Positions 1-13,091 of a stretch of DNA of 48,350 nt are shown here, piece after piece. Source of the DNA: Ancylonema sp. Taxonomy: Eukaryota. The stretch is from the NCBI GenBank assembly GCA_050230475.1, contig JBFLGF010000168.1, forward strand, positions 1 through 48,350, written 5' to 3'. The notes below the pieces were generated by a model. It was not told the origin of the DNA, did not search any database, and saw only the letters and a list, made by a program, of their open reading frames with translations. Made by a program: the position numbers and the translations under genes. Every line of letters begins with the position of its first letter. Within the stretch, counting starts at the first letter, position 1.

Positions 1-3
1 GTT

Positions 4-34
<31 letters not shown>

Positions 35-211
35 GCTATCAACAGCTTCAGAATTATTTTCCCGACAACTAAACCAAACCAGACTTCAAAACCCTGGGTT
101 AAAAAAAATACGAAAACATGAAACCAATCCAATTTCATCGTTTTCCCCTGAGCTTCCATTACAATTTTTACTAATCACCATTGACAAAGGGGGGGGGGGG
201 GGGGTGTGTAG

Positions 212-3200
212 TCAGGGGATGGATGTGACTCCATTGCCGAGCAACTGGCTCCTCCCTCCCACTGGGATGACATCATCATCCTTATTGCAGTCGTAAGAAA
301 AAAATAACACTCTCAAACCCACCCATATAAATATGGTTATATAATGTTTGAAATAATAATACTTATTAAAACGCAGATTCTGATGGTGTGGGTTTTGAAA
401 CGGAATCGAATCTTTGGCGAGGGTTTTTGGGATTGGGATATCAGTTTGCGTTCCTCAGGCAGTCACTATTTTTAATATGTGAAGGGCATGATTCAACAAT
501 CAGAATTTTATTTATGTCGTACCGATACTTATATATGCAATTGTGAGGTTTTAATTTTCTCCCCAAAATTTATGCCACAAAATTCTCTGTGTACGTGAAG
601 AGTGTAATTAGGAACATTTATTTTGGGCCAGGAAAAATGTGACTCAAAACAAGTCGGATGCCTACTTTCAAAAATGCTTACTCAGAATATCGAAGGGGTG
701 CGTACCAATTCCACAAATATGAGCATTGACACTAATGTCATAACGAAAATGTCGCTTATTATAACATCATTATGCCAATATGACTCCACTAAATATTGTT
801 ACACCCATTACAAATATCACAAATGTTGTTACACCTTTTAACACTTCGCACACGAATATAATAAATAAAGCTTTATAAAATGTGGGTATACCGAATGTTG
901 TCCTGACACATGTGTATATGTTATGGGTGTGTGGTGCAGGTGAGTGATGTTCAGAAGGAGACGAGTAGCACGGGGGGAATGAGGGAGAGCGTAAAAACAT
1001 CCTCTCTCCTCCACCACAGAGCTAAGGTGGGCGATATGTATCTATTATGAGGAATGATAAATGAGGAATGAATGATGATACATGAAAACAGCTGAGAATG
1101 AAGAATGAAGAATGGAGAATGGAGAATGATGAATGATGAATTATGAGAGATGAAATGTGCGTAAACCTTTGTCTTGAAGATTGTGTTTTGTTGTGATTCT
1201 TTATAACTCCATTGAGTTGACGTGAATACGCAATTGTGATGGGTGGTGAAGCCGAGTGGTTATGATTTATAGATTACCACCCCCCACCTTCATACACCCC
1301 TACCCTTCCCCCATATACCACACTTCTAACTCCCTCCCACCCTTACCCCATCCCCCAACTCCCTTAAACCCCCATCCTCTGCCATCCCCCCATCCTCCCC
1401 AACCCCCCAACCCCCCAACCCCCATCCTCACCCATCTCCCCATCCCCTTCCTCCTCCATCCCCCCATCCCCCCAACCTCAAATAATCCTCCCCTAGTCGG
1501 TAGTCCCATCCCGAATGTCAGCTATGGAGTCTGCAATTTCCTCCCGCGATTTTTCTTCTTTTTCTTCTCTCACTACCGCCGATAGCAACTCTTTCCACGC
1601 CACCTGTTTGGATACGGCCCCGCCCATATTCTATCTAAACGACACCTCAAGAAAGTGAGGGGTGATAAGATATCGTATGAGAGAGGGGGAGAGAGGGGGA
1701 GAGAGGGGGAAAGGGAGGGAGGAGGAGAGAGGAGGAGAGAGGGAGATACTGTTTATTTGTGGTTTTATGCTTGGATGTTTGGAGTTGTGTATCAATGTCT
1801 TTATTTCTGTGCGTGTATGTATGCATGGGCTACGCGATTTTTTTTTAATTTTGCTGACTTTGTTGATTTTGTTGTGTTTCAGCATGTGTTCATTCTTGTT
1901 CATATCAGGATGTTTGCTTGGATTCATACTTTATACTATTCTTCTTGATACACAATCACTTCATGATCTTCTCATTGTTCATCACATCTTATATCTATGG
2001 CGAGATTCAGTTTTATTTTCATCGAATTTGTCTCGGTTTGTACATCAACAGAAACGAAAATGTTTCGCACTTCCTCACTTACTCCCTTCGTCATCAGGAT
2101 TTCTGGTCCAGAACCTCCGAGCATACCCTCCTCCGATTCGATTACTTTTTCTGATGACGTGGCAGTGGGGTGATGATGAGCGTGCAGAATCATTTCAATG
2201 GTGGAGAAATGGAATCGTAGCGCTGGCACGCCACAGGTGGGAGTGCCAACAGAAAAATGTACATTTTATTTTCAAATGTTGTTTTGCAAAATATCTGAAA
2301 AAAACCATAGTCTTTTCTAGAAAAGAAGCGAAATATTTTAATTAAGAATAGACTGCTTTTACGATTTCCATTCAACGTGTTTCGTAAAAAATCAGAGGTG
2401 CATTCCCTTTCCCATGATTCGACCTCAGAACTGCAAAGGTGCGCTTTTGAATTAAACCCTTTTTTTTTTCTTTCTTTTTTCTTTTTTTTTCCTTTTTTAA
2501 TCCACACATTTGTCGGTTGGTCGGTTGGTCGGTTGGTCGGTTGGTCGGTGAATCTGTCCTCCTAAGTACCCATAACTCTGAAAAGATACGACATTAAAAT
2601 TCCGGATCCTTTTTTTGTTTTGCCACAGGCTGCGTACACATTTGACGCAGGTCCCAATGCCGTTTTATTCGCACAAAAAGAGAATGCGGGGGAGCTCCTA
2701 AAACGAATGCTCTTCCACTTTCCCCCTCCTCCCGGAACCGACCTACAAAAGTGAGCTTCAAATAACAAAAAGGATTGCCTTACAACGATGATAACATGTT
2801 GTATCGACAACGTATACTTAATCTGAATGGACCACTCCAAAGTATGGAACATGAAGGATAATATGCGCTACCCAATGTCCCTCCATTGCACCTCCATCAT
2901 TTCTCGAACTTCTGCATTTCTTGTTTTTGATCATACAAGTCATCATGCATCATCCATCATTCAATTGTTCTATCTAATATATCTATTTTTTTCCATAAAA
3001 AAATCGCTCTCTCCACCTCCCCTGCAATAGCCACTTTCGCCCTTCACATGTGAATCCAAGTACAAAAAGCAATCTTTCTCCCACCACCTTATCACCCCCC
3101 TCCTTTCCTCTCCTCCCCTCTCGCATCAGATACGTGATTGGAGATCGGAGTATTCTACAGGCTGCGGGCGTCCGCACTTTTGATGACGTGGACGCCTTGA

Positions 3201-3361
3201 CTCCCCCATCCGAATCGATTGGGAGTGGGACCCAATCCGGTGCAACTAGGTGGCGGGGAGAAGTGCAGTACCTGATTTCTACGCAATCCGGGGAAGGAGC
3301 GAAGCTTCTAGAAGAAGAGTCAGCAACGCTCATAGATACCGAAACGGGATTGCCGAAATGA
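212..3361 (+). CDS. MVD: Diphosphomevalonate decarboxylase (mevalonate pathway), 5'-partial; exons 212-292, 940-1026, 1497-1654, 2188-2236, 2629-2750, 3130-3361
   Basis: Spliced translation contains [96 protein letters not shown] and the C-terminal IDTETGLPK*, all plant MVD hallmarks. All introns are GT-AG with compatible phases. The N-terminal exons lie upstream of the window. Confidence 0.96.
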
Positions 3362-4980
3362 TCGGAGTAGGAGAGACGATGGTGTGGTTGTTTTGGTTGG
3401 TTGGTTGGTTGGTTAGGGGGGAGAGGGAAAGGATTCAATGAGAGTTGAGAGAGATTTAAGAAATTTGGCAAGAGCTTGGAAAAAGTTGGGAATGAGTTAG
3501 AAGAGGCGGCATGTCAACGTCGATCGTTTTGCGTACGAATATCAGCAGCAACTGCCAAGGTTTGGTAGGTAGGTGTGGATCATCTATTTTATTTTTTCCG
3601 TGAGGGAGAGATCGTAGATCGTTTTACTTCCGATGGGGAGATGAGGTAGAGGTGCAAGGCACATGTATGACTAACAATATGAGAGTCATCAATTTTGTAG
3701 AATTAGGGTTTAGAGCACGCAATAATTGTCCTCTATTTCTTACCTCCCCACTTACGTGAAGGTGGAGAGCTATTTGGAGAGGCCGAGCGACTTGATTCAT
3801 GTGCCGAATTACTGTCAAAATTCATTTTCGCCCAATTGTGGCAAGTACTAACAATAGTAATTTGCATCATTCGATTTATGTGAACAACTTAAATCGATTC
3901 GAAGGTGAATGACAGTTGATTTCAACTAGGGACGAGAAACATTGAGTATTGAAATGTTTTCTCCCAATGTGATGGATGTCGTGCTATATATTCCAATTCA
4001 CTTTTTTTGCAACATTGCCGGCTACAAAAAAAAAAGGGATCTTTACAATGTATGAAAAGCTCTTCTCTCTATCACGTGACAAATCTGGGTGTCATCGTTC
4101 TGTAGCACATAAACTTGCGCTTCCTTTGTACTTCACCTCTTAAAGTATTGAAAAGTGTGTCGTATTTGCGAACCCTAAGAAACATTGAATAAATGAGGAT
4201 GACAGACACAATCTACCAATCAGTGTAGACCAAATTTTCTCCTTCCCTATAATAGGCGCTACAAGCATGTTGCTCCAAATCTGAATCAACCACAACTGGA
4301 AATCATCACCTAGACGCCCTTCTTTCATTTAGATCCGTTGCTTCCGAAAGGAGCGCATAGTCTACATGCCTTATCTCCTCTACTCCAGCTGTCAGCCAGT
4401 CCAGCAATTCAGGTTGCATCACAAAATTCAAAACCTGGTGCCACAGACTCGCATCGATCTCCCACATGCCCCCAGCCCCAGGCCCAGCCCCAGGCTTAGC
4501 CCCAGTCCTAGCCCCAGTCCCAGCACCAGCACCAGCCCCAGCCCCAAGCTAGCCACCCCCCCACCATTCCTTTCGACTCTTCAAATAACATTGAAGCCCA
4601 GCACCCTCTTCATTTCCCCCCCACGGTTCAGTAAGCTCGACCCGCCATCAGCTTCCCAACATAAAGAGCCTCCACCTGTCCTCTGCACCATCCTTCTTGA
4701 GACGCCAGGTGGCTGGTGCCAGGGGGCTTTTCGCAGAGAGAGGACAGCCCAGGAATCAGATCCTGGATGCACAGGTGGCAGTTGCCCCTCTCACACCCCC
4801 TCTCCAGGTGTCATGATAGAATATCATTCCACACTACAGAGAGCAGCCCAGGCTGGGTGCCAGGTGTCAGGCGTGCGGTCCACTCGACCGCCAGCTGGAC
4901 TATATGATGATGATGATGAAGTGGCCCTTCTGGTATATCCGCCAGGTGTCACCGACTCTGTTCTTTTGTCCTGTTTGCTC

Positions 4981-7257
4981 TCAGGGCGGGAGGACTATGG
5001 TGCCGGTATGCATCTTCTCCCTCGCTTCTGCAAACATTGTTTGTTGTTCCGCTACTGCTTCCGCCTCTGACAGCCCCGAGGTTTTGGTCCACTTGCTGCT
5101 GCTGCGGGGAGACTCCTGGGAGGGGATAAGCCCAAGGTTTAAGGTCAGTGTGGATGCAGGTACCGCGCGTGTGGACTGATGTGGATGAGGTGTAGGGTTC
5201 AGGGTATGGAGGGTTTTATTGCTTCAGGCTTGAGAGCTTTGGGATTTTTGACACACAACAGCTTATTTCCTCTTGTTCCTATTGATGGCAGAAGACCTAG
5301 TGAACACTTTTAACAAAGAAATAAAATAAGAAGGATGGTGATGTATAAGAAAAAGTAGGATGACAGGCATGTACGTACCAGTGCCTCAAGCTTGTGGGTC
5401 TCCCAGGCAGCCATGACTTCAGGGATGTAAGCTCCAAATCCGAGGGACTGAACCCCGAGAAAGAGGAATTCCCCCACAGGTGTTACTTTGATATTCGTAC
5501 TTTGATTCGTTGTCCACTACAATATAAAGATGAACAGTGCGTAAGAAAGGGTGTCCACGTGAATACTACACCCCGACATTGACCCCCAAAACCTTATCCA
5601 GTTTCCAACTTCGACTGTCTTGAGCACCAGGAAGTTTGCAGGCGGTTTCCTCACCTCCAGCGAGGAGATTATGTGCTCTGGCGAAATAGTTTTCCTATCC
5701 TCCTTGCTGCATGCGTCGTTCGCTTCTGTCGAAATGAGATTGATGAATTCTGAGAGGCGGAGGAAGGGAGCAGAGAAGGTGATGTCAGTATGACATCCGC
5801 AGGCAAGCCCGTTTTTTTTTTAGTTCTACAGAGCAGTCCAAAAACATATCTGAGTGATTTGTTGTAAATATACAGCCGTTCCCAAAGAGAACCTGGCTGT
5901 GAGAAGTGCACATGTGATATCATCTCTGCCAACTGGGGCGCAAATCGCGGTCGAATCCTGGCCCAATCCATGCCCTGGTAGAACACTGTCTTCACATACC
6001 ACTCTGCTTTTTCGACCTCTAGAACTCTTTAATCCATTGCTTTGCATACAGACTTCTAGTAAAGAATAGGAGCATATTGAGGATCCTGAGTAGAATTTGC
6101 AGACATGGATGCGGAGCTGCGATATCTAAGTATGTTCCTACACAAACGGACTGTTGAGATGTCAGGTTTAAGGGTTTCGTGTTGCTGACGTGACTTTTGG
6201 AATGAAGCCTCCCTACAGTATTAATTTGACAACACTAAGTTGACAGTACCAAGTTGACAGTATCTGAGATCACATCATTTCAGATGCCATTATTTTAGTT
6301 GACTTCCAGTCATCATGCAAGCTTAGTCCCCTTTGGAGGCTGACTCACCTAGACAGCAGTCCATCAGCTTGTCTTGCACATCTTTGGACACTCGCACATC
6401 TTTCGGCATGAGCTCACGAATGGCTTTTGTCAGAGTGGCTGCGGGGCGAGGGAAGCACACAGGTGTCAGGATAGGATTGGTCGACTCGAGTATACGTCGA
6501 ATAACGCTAGGTATAGAAATGGTAGAAGTGATTCCAAACAGAGACATAAACATTGCTTGTAACCCACATGTGCTTCAGGGGATGCGGTTCGACTTGAGGA
6601 CTGCATATACACAGGTGATCTGTCCACTCCCTTCATACAGTCACAATATGCGTGATAGAGAAGGTCAATGGGTAACAGTCAGCATTGTGGACACCCCCTG
6701 GAGGCTATATGTTCAAATGCAGTGGGAGAGTATTGATCATACATAGAGCCGACGCGTATTTAAAGTTCGTGTCTGGGCAGTGTTTCTTCAATGGTATAAG
6801 GTTGAGGAAAGCAAAGGACAGGCATTTAAAAAACATGTAGATATCAGGTGGCTGACACTGGTGTCAGCCACCTGGCATGCATATTTGTGGCCCAGACTTT
6901 TGTAAGAATATGATTAAGTTTGAAAGCAATACTCTAATGTATCGATCTGCACACAGAAGATTGATAACCTTATGTGTACATGATTTTAGCAGAGTTACAT
7001 GTTACACAGGTAATTGATGGACACACTTCGGCTATTCGAATATCAACGTACTATCCGACAAATAAGAAAATGCAGTAAATACTCATCACCCAGCATTCAT
7101 TAATTAATCATGCAGAACTAACCTCCACGACCAAAAAAAGGAATGCCTCGAGTACAGAATCGAGCATCGAGTTTATTTTGATGCACAATTGCCATATTCA
7201 GGGATGTAATTCACCTCTGGGGAGAGAAACATCTTCTTTGTTGCCCCGGCTGTCCAT
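4981..7257 (-). CDS. DR1: Dr1 / NC2-beta histone-fold transcriptional cofactor, 143 aa; exons 7257-7215, 6438-6349, 5749-5655, 5447-5379, 5115-4981
   Basis: MDSRGNKEDVSLPR|ATLTKAIRELMPKDVRVSKDVQDKLMDCCL|EFINLISTEANDACSKEDRKTISPEHIISSLE|SLGFGAYIPEVMAAWETHKLEAL|ESPRSSSKW..SEAEAVAEQQTMFAEAREKM. This has the histone fold plus the Dr1-specific EQQxMFAEAR C-terminal motif. GT-AG junctions are in phase. Confidence 0.95.
6845..6874. repeat. Perfect inverted repeat (14-bp stem, 2-nt spacer) in DR1 intron 1
   Basis: CAGGTGGCTGACAC-TG-GTGTCAGCCACCTG. Confidence 0.9.
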
Positions 7258-7342
7258 GGCAAGTAGGGTATGTATTTGTATTGCGAGGTCGCAAAAGACA
7301 CCTGGTACCTCGCGAAGTAGATTTGGAAGAAGAAATACTGTG

Positions 7343-7592
7343 AAAGAAAAGAGGTGGGGGGGAGAACGTGTCGTCGCCTGAATTGGAGTGAGGAATGGAA
7401 GAATAAAGAAGAGAGGTGGGAGAGAAAAATCAGGGGAACGAGTGTCGCTCGCCTAAATCGAAGTGAGAGAAGAAGAAAGAAGAGAGGTGGGAGATAAAAA
7501 TCAGGGGAACGAGCGTTGCTCGCCTAAATGGGGTGTGGAGTGGAAGAAGGGAGAAGAGAGGATGGAAGGAAGAGCCCCGGGGGAACGAGTGA
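7343..7592. repeat. Degenerate ~70-bp tandem repeat (about 4 units) upstream of the DR1 start codon
   Basis: Recurrent AAAGAAGAGAGGTGGGAGA..AAAATCAGGGGAACGAG..GCTCGCCTAAAT starting near 7406 and 7476, with weaker units near 7343 and 7551. Confidence 0.8.
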
Positions 7593-7644
7593 TTGTTGAG
7601 CTCGTGGTGTAACTTCTGTTGATGGGAGGTCTCCTTTTAAACTA

Positions 7645-7720
7645 GCGCGGGAAGGCTCGTCACGCAAATTGGCGGGCGCGCGGAAGTGTAATTTTCGCGC
7701 ACTGAAATTGCGCCGCCAAA
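7645..7720. promoter_or_regulatory. Cluster of E2F-like sites in the putative DR1 promoter
   Basis: GCGCGGGAA (7645), ATTGGCGG (7668), TTTCGCGC (7693) and CCGCCAAA (7713) match or nearly match the WTTSSCSS E2F consensus within 76 bp. Confidence 0.5.
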
Positions 7721-9130
7721 CACAACAAATCTCTGTTCACACGCGACTTTATAATACATATATGACACGTAGCTCATCCGATCCATCGTTCATTATTCAT
7801 TGGTTGAATACATCAAAATTCAATTTTGTAATATTTTCATTGGCCATCGGCAGCAACATAGGTTTGGGCCGGGCCCCAGCCTCCGACTCTCGACCCGTCA
7901 GAAGTTCTGACTCAGAACACCGCTATCCCGGGTTGGAGGGACCCAAGTGTGCTACCCAACCAAAGTGGAATTTCGCACATGAGAAAAGTTTTTGATCGAT
8001 TCATTTTAACAAACATCACTTGCGATACATGTGGAATTTCGACTTTTGGGAAGCTTGAGGCATTTAACTCGTGCTCGATCTCACCATCTGAGTATACCCG
8101 GAATAGGGGAGGTGACTCGAGTTTCGATCCTAATCCTAGGTCCTAGGTATTTAAGGGACTGGACTGAGATTGGGTAGACAAACCAATCCTGAATCACCGG
8201 TCCTACTCTTAGTCCCTCCTCTAGCCTAGTCCAACATTACCAATTTCACGTTTTCTTTGATCCAACTAGTTGTTCCAAAATGGTCCACTTAGCAAAATTA
8301 TTCATGCTTCCCTTATTTTTGTTCAAGTAGACCTATCTATTGGAGGTGCCGGAATGGAGTTGCCCATCCCATAGAATTGGCTAGTCCTGCTCACACAACC
8401 CCAGGCAACCCTAGACAACCCCTAGTCTGCCATTTAGGGCCTCGTAGGAAATTCGTAGGATTGTGACACTTTGTTGTATATGGATGGATGGATGGACCAT
8501 GTATCACTTGAATGCCCACAAAATACAAGACTGTCATTACGCTCTATTACTTTTACCGCTTTGGGCGTGCCTAGGGAATTCGTCGAGCCCAAGTTGAAAT
8601 AATGTGTTTCACGACATATCTTGCTATACGAAATATCCCATACTAGGAGTATTTCGCTCTTGGAGGTCTAATATAACCCAATATTCTGAGGTATTACGCC
8701 CATTTACTTCAAAAAAGGAAAAACATGCAAAAAAGTAGAAATCATAGTAGAGCTTACCAACCTCATGCTACCAAACTACAACACCTCACACATTGAGATC
8801 GGAACAAAAGCATTTAGAGAATTGTGGTTATTGTTGCTATGCCATAACTATCAAAAAAAGAGATGGAGAAATGTAGAAAGAGAGATATGAAACAAAAACG
8901 AGATACCTCACCTCTTTACAACATCAATTATCACCCTCTCACTTTGTGTCGAAAACTGATGTCTATGGTTCCTCATGACATATCAAAACATACAAGGAGT
9001 ACATACAAACATCTGCAACACACGTCTCCTCTCCAAAAGGTCAACACCAGCCGAAATATTTACACGTGTCAATACACCTTATTGCACACCACATCCTCTT
9101 GTTCCTCTAGGTGGCTACTTGTACCGAAGG

Positions 9131-11369
9131 CTAGTGGATTCGACTCTTTTTGGTGTATGGTGGGAGAAGTGGCGCAACAGCGACCAAATCCATGAAGAGC
9201 ACATACTGGAATAAGAATGTTGAAGGGTCAAAGAAATGCACAAAAAAAGGTGAGAAGGAGAGGGATGAAAAACTCGGGTGTTGCTCAATTGTGGTGAGGA
9301 TAGACACAACGACTTAGAAGTGAATGGAGCCCAAAAACGTCTGATATGCAATTCATTCATTCTACACGTTGTGATCTTGGAGTAGAGCATACACGAGTGT
9401 TTCTAAAAACTCCCAAGTCAAGCGATAAGAAATTGCAACTGTGGACGGAGACATGCATAAATATGTCCCGGGATGAAAAATCCGAAACTTGGGCTTACCA
9501 ATCGTGGCACAATGTAGATGCCCCAAATCGGCCACATGGCGTACGAAAACCTGAAAAGATACGCCCGATATTCAGTTCCCAAGATTCCAATCCAATACGT
9601 ATCTGCAACTATCTTATATACTCAAATTGAAGCTATCCTCCATTTGTGACCCATGGCACATTGGAGACGCCAGCTCCCTCCCTCAATATCTGATTCGTTT
9701 CTTTCCTTCCGCCATCCGAGTATCTACTATTGCAGTGAACATTCTTTTCCTACAATTATAAGTTATGTTCACGTTTATAAGTGATGTTAACGTTTCTTTT
9801 CGGACTCTGTGTATTTCCCCTCAGGACAGCTCTCAACAGGCACGATGAACATTCACAATCTGAATCCCTGATCTGTCCCTGATCTGATACACATCTTTCT
9901 AATATCATTCCTAGACTCTGATCCATAGCCATACCCCCCGCCCTTAGCCCCGTCTCCCCTCCCTCAGTCCCTATCTCCAATCCCCATCCTCAAGCCCCCA
10001 TCCCAATGACCCCATCCCAAAGCCCCTCTGCTAAGGTCCCTATCCCCCATCCCTGCCCCGGAATCCCAGCCCCCAGCCCCCATCCCCAGCCTCACAAGCC
10101 AAACGCGAAGAACCCGAGCATGGTGGCGCTCTCGATGGCCCCCGGTGCCAGCATGGCGAAACTCTCCTCCCTCCGCCTCACGTGTCTGAGCCACACCCCC
10201 AGGTAGAACCAGATGCAGCCATTCACCAGGCAGCACAGGCAGGCCACGTAGAAGGGCCGTCTGGGGAAGAGTGGGGAAGAGGAGAGGTGATATGTGAGGA
10301 TGAGAATGAGTTGTGTGAGAGTATGTGAAGAGAGAGGCTAGGTTTCATTCATGCCAGATTACTTGTAGTGTCACCATTTGTGTCTTGAACGGCAAGGATG
10401 CTGATTGGAAACATTACAGACGTGCGGAATGAGACAATGTGGCATATATGGGGATAGAGGCTGGGACCTATGGTTGGGGTCAGGGTCTGGAGAAAAAGTG
10501 GGCACATTCAGATGTCAGACTCTGATGACTGACTATGCAGATATTCAAACCCGACGAGTGTGGTGTGAATATACATGGACCACAGTTGACACCTGCTTGC
10601 ATAATTGCTGAATCGGAGACTCATAAGTGCTGAATGGGAGACTCAGTCCACTCAATTCCACCAGTGGGGAAAAATCCAAGCAATGTTGTAAACTTTCCCT
10701 TCTGTTTACGGGATATGATAAATCAGGTCATGTGAAGTAGTATATTTCAGCAAGGGTTCAGGAGAGGGGAACAGCATGGATAGCAGGAGCGGACGAGAGG
10801 TTGAGCATATGTAAGAATTCATGTCTATATGCATCGGGCTCCAGGTGCACGTTGGCTATTAGTATCAATTGGCTTGCTGGTTCAACGGGTCTCATTCTGA
10901 GCTTGACTGCGAAGCCTTGGACAAGCGTGGGACTACACATCGCGGCATTGGCGACAGGAATTCAGAATCACACGTGTATGATTCGCTTTCACGAACAAGA
11001 ATTCCACTTGAAGGTGTAAACTCATGTTGAAGGACTAGGTGGAGGTCCAATTAGATATCGAACAGAGTGAAAAGCTGCAGAACAGAGAAAACGGAAAGGG
11101 CAGCGGATTGTTATACCGGTCCACACTTACTGAGCGAGTCTGTGATCATGTAGCACAGCGTAGATGAAATCCCGCTTTCCATCCCCGTGCCAGAGGATAG
11201 CCGCCCCCGCACACAGCCACAGTATTGTCTCAACACGTTTTCTCCACACGCTTTTCACCTCCTGCTTCACTTGGCTGTCCACAAATTCTTTGATTTCGGA
11301 TTCGGAGCCTTCTGAGAACCCGCTCTCTGCGGCGCTTTGTTGAATCGTGACATGACGCTGGGTGGCCAT
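9131..11369 (-). CDS. TMEM128: TMEM128-like multi-pass membrane protein, 176 aa; exons 11369-11131, 10260-10096, 9550-9499, 9205-9131
   Basis: Spliced product has four hydrophobic segments (VETILWLCAGAAILWHGDG..DFIYAVLHDHRL; FYVACLCCLVNGCIWFYLGVWL; APGAIESATMLGFFAFGLFSYAMWPIWG; YVLFMDLVAVAPLLPPY). The layout resembles TMEM128 (ALWPxWS..FM motif). GT-AG junctions are in phase. Confidence 0.75.
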
Positions 11370-11604
11370 GGAGGACGCTTTTCAACTTGTGCAATGAGGT
11401 TTCCGCAGTGAGAGGTTGTCATATGCGGGTCTTGCAGTGAAAAGTGGCTGATGGCCTGCAGGGAAGAATTTGAATCAGGATCAGACACTGCGTCGACATT
11501 GCACCCTAATTTTCCCGGGCACGCTTTGAATTTACCGGCCTTCCCCGTGATTTAGCCCCAAACTCGAAACTTTTGACTTTTGACTTTTGATGCGGTCCAA
11601 GTAC

Positions 11605-11835
11605 TAGGGATGGGCACCACCCCCACCCGATTACGTGCCCAACTGTTCACCCGAAGGCGGCCCTTCCCACCCGATCAATATCGGAAAATCGGGTCGCCAC
11701 CCACAGGTGCTTTTCGCCCGCGGTCGGGGGAGGCCACCTGCAGGTGGGGGGACCCGACCCGCGGGGAAGCGGTTGGGCGGGTGATTTTCGAAGTGTTTTC
11801 GAAATTTCACAATTTCGAATTGTGAAAAACTTCGA
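11605..11835 (+). mobile_element. Truncated hAT-like transposon/MITE end
   Basis: Starts with TAGGGATGGGCA, a typical plant hAT terminus, followed by repeated CACCCGA/ACCCG/CGGGT subterminal motifs and a TTTCACAATT-TCG-AATTGTGAAA palindrome. No matching right TIR or TSD was found. Confidence 0.5.
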
Positions 11836-12895
11836 CAATTTTAGAATTTTTGTAGGGACCGTAAGTTTGTGGCAGCCGTAGATTTGGGAATCCAACATAC
11901 AAGAATCTACGCCTATGCAACATACAATCATGCATAGTACCCGGTACGCAATCCTGTTATGGTACGCACCTGTACGGGTACGCTTAACGGACGCAGATCC
12001 CAACGTACCATAGCAAGTGAAAAAATGGTACACACATTGTACGGATGTGGAACGAATGGTTCAAAACTGCGAGAAATCTGACCATTTTTACATTAGTTTG
12101 ACACTTCGCGAGTCTAGCTTTTAAGGGAAAATTGGGTCGGGCCCAGATTGTGAACAAGGTCTGAGTTTCAGACCTAGCTGAATTAAAAATTGACTGCATT
12201 GGCAATCCATGGCTCTATGTGTATGAGTTGTGCATGCCCGCAGAAAGTGTATGGGCACTAGTGGTCGATATTGGGAGTGAACCGAATCCATAGCGATGGA
12301 TGGTTTATCAGCGTTTACGCAATTGAATTACACTTTATTCAAATGGCTGACCTGATAGCCGTCGACACAATGCGATTGATAAGAAGGTTAGATGTCGCCT
12401 TGTTAGTGTCATTGGGTAATTGGACAATCTGCACCACGACAACGTAACCACAACAACGCTACGAGTTGAGAATAAAGTACTAATACCGAAAAATGATTTT
12501 TGGAAAAAAAAGTTTGGATGTATTTGTTGGAGGATTCATGTTTGAGATGTTCATCTATGTTATTCTATTAGCGTGATAACATGCTTAGCATGTACGCTCT
12601 ATAAGGACCTCGCTCACCCTTGCAATTTAATGTTTGACTTCTATTTCTCTCCATCGCTTTATGAGGTAGCACGGTCCCCATTTTAACCCAATATTTTGAG
12701 TTGTCATGCCAATGGCATGGGCATGATGGTATGGTAAGCGTATGATGGTCTCAAAGTGACCCAACGTGACACAAAGTGGTGGTATGGCATGATGCCATAT
12801 GAGCTCATGTGCCTATACGACGATAATTTGGCCCATCGGCCGTCTGTATAACTTACTGTGCCTATATAGAGGGAAATACTTTTTTAGCAATTATG

Positions 12896-13091
12896 GTAGA
12901 ACTTGTCGCCCTCTATATTTGTCGTCGTTTATGATTCTCACTTTTTATCAAAAAAACGTACTTTCTGCGGCAATGTAAGGAAACCCACCCACTTCTAATA
13001 TCTTATAAATAATTCGAAAACTGAATCTTATAATTTTCGTTAAAACGCATATATTGAACAATCGAAATATACGAACATTACGTGGCCACAC
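12896..13091 (-). repeat. Dispersed repeat copy A (inverted relative to copy B at 27458-27653)
   Basis: The reverse complement aligns over ~196 bp with 27458-27653. Exact shared blocks are TAACGAAAATTATAAGATT and TAAGATATTAGAAGTGG. Confidence 0.85.

Noticed and set aside
377..697. Exon-like segments 377-458 and 632-697 in the first visible MVD intron; the first would add a TM-like [11 protein letters not shown]
   Set aside because: MVD homology runs directly from exon 212-292 (..ILIAV) into 940 ([11 protein letters not shown]), leaving no room for them.
1662..2345. 227-aa + strand ORF with a hydrophobic stretch
   Set aside because: Lies across an MVD intron, is built from GA- and GT-rich low-complexity sequence, and is out of frame with the real exon.
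4366..5070. 234-aa Pro/Ser-rich ORF
   Set aside because: Antisense to the DR1 last exon and 3' region, driven partly by (CCCAGC)n, with no recognisable domain.
8361..11616. TGCCCATCCC at 8361 as a partner TIR for TAGGGATGGGCA at 11605
   Set aside because: The two face outward, so they cannot delimit one element, and there is no TSD.
11853..12680. TAGGGACCGT / ACGGTCCCCA as TIRs of a second hAT element
   Set aside because: Only a 9/10 match and no 8-bp TSD.
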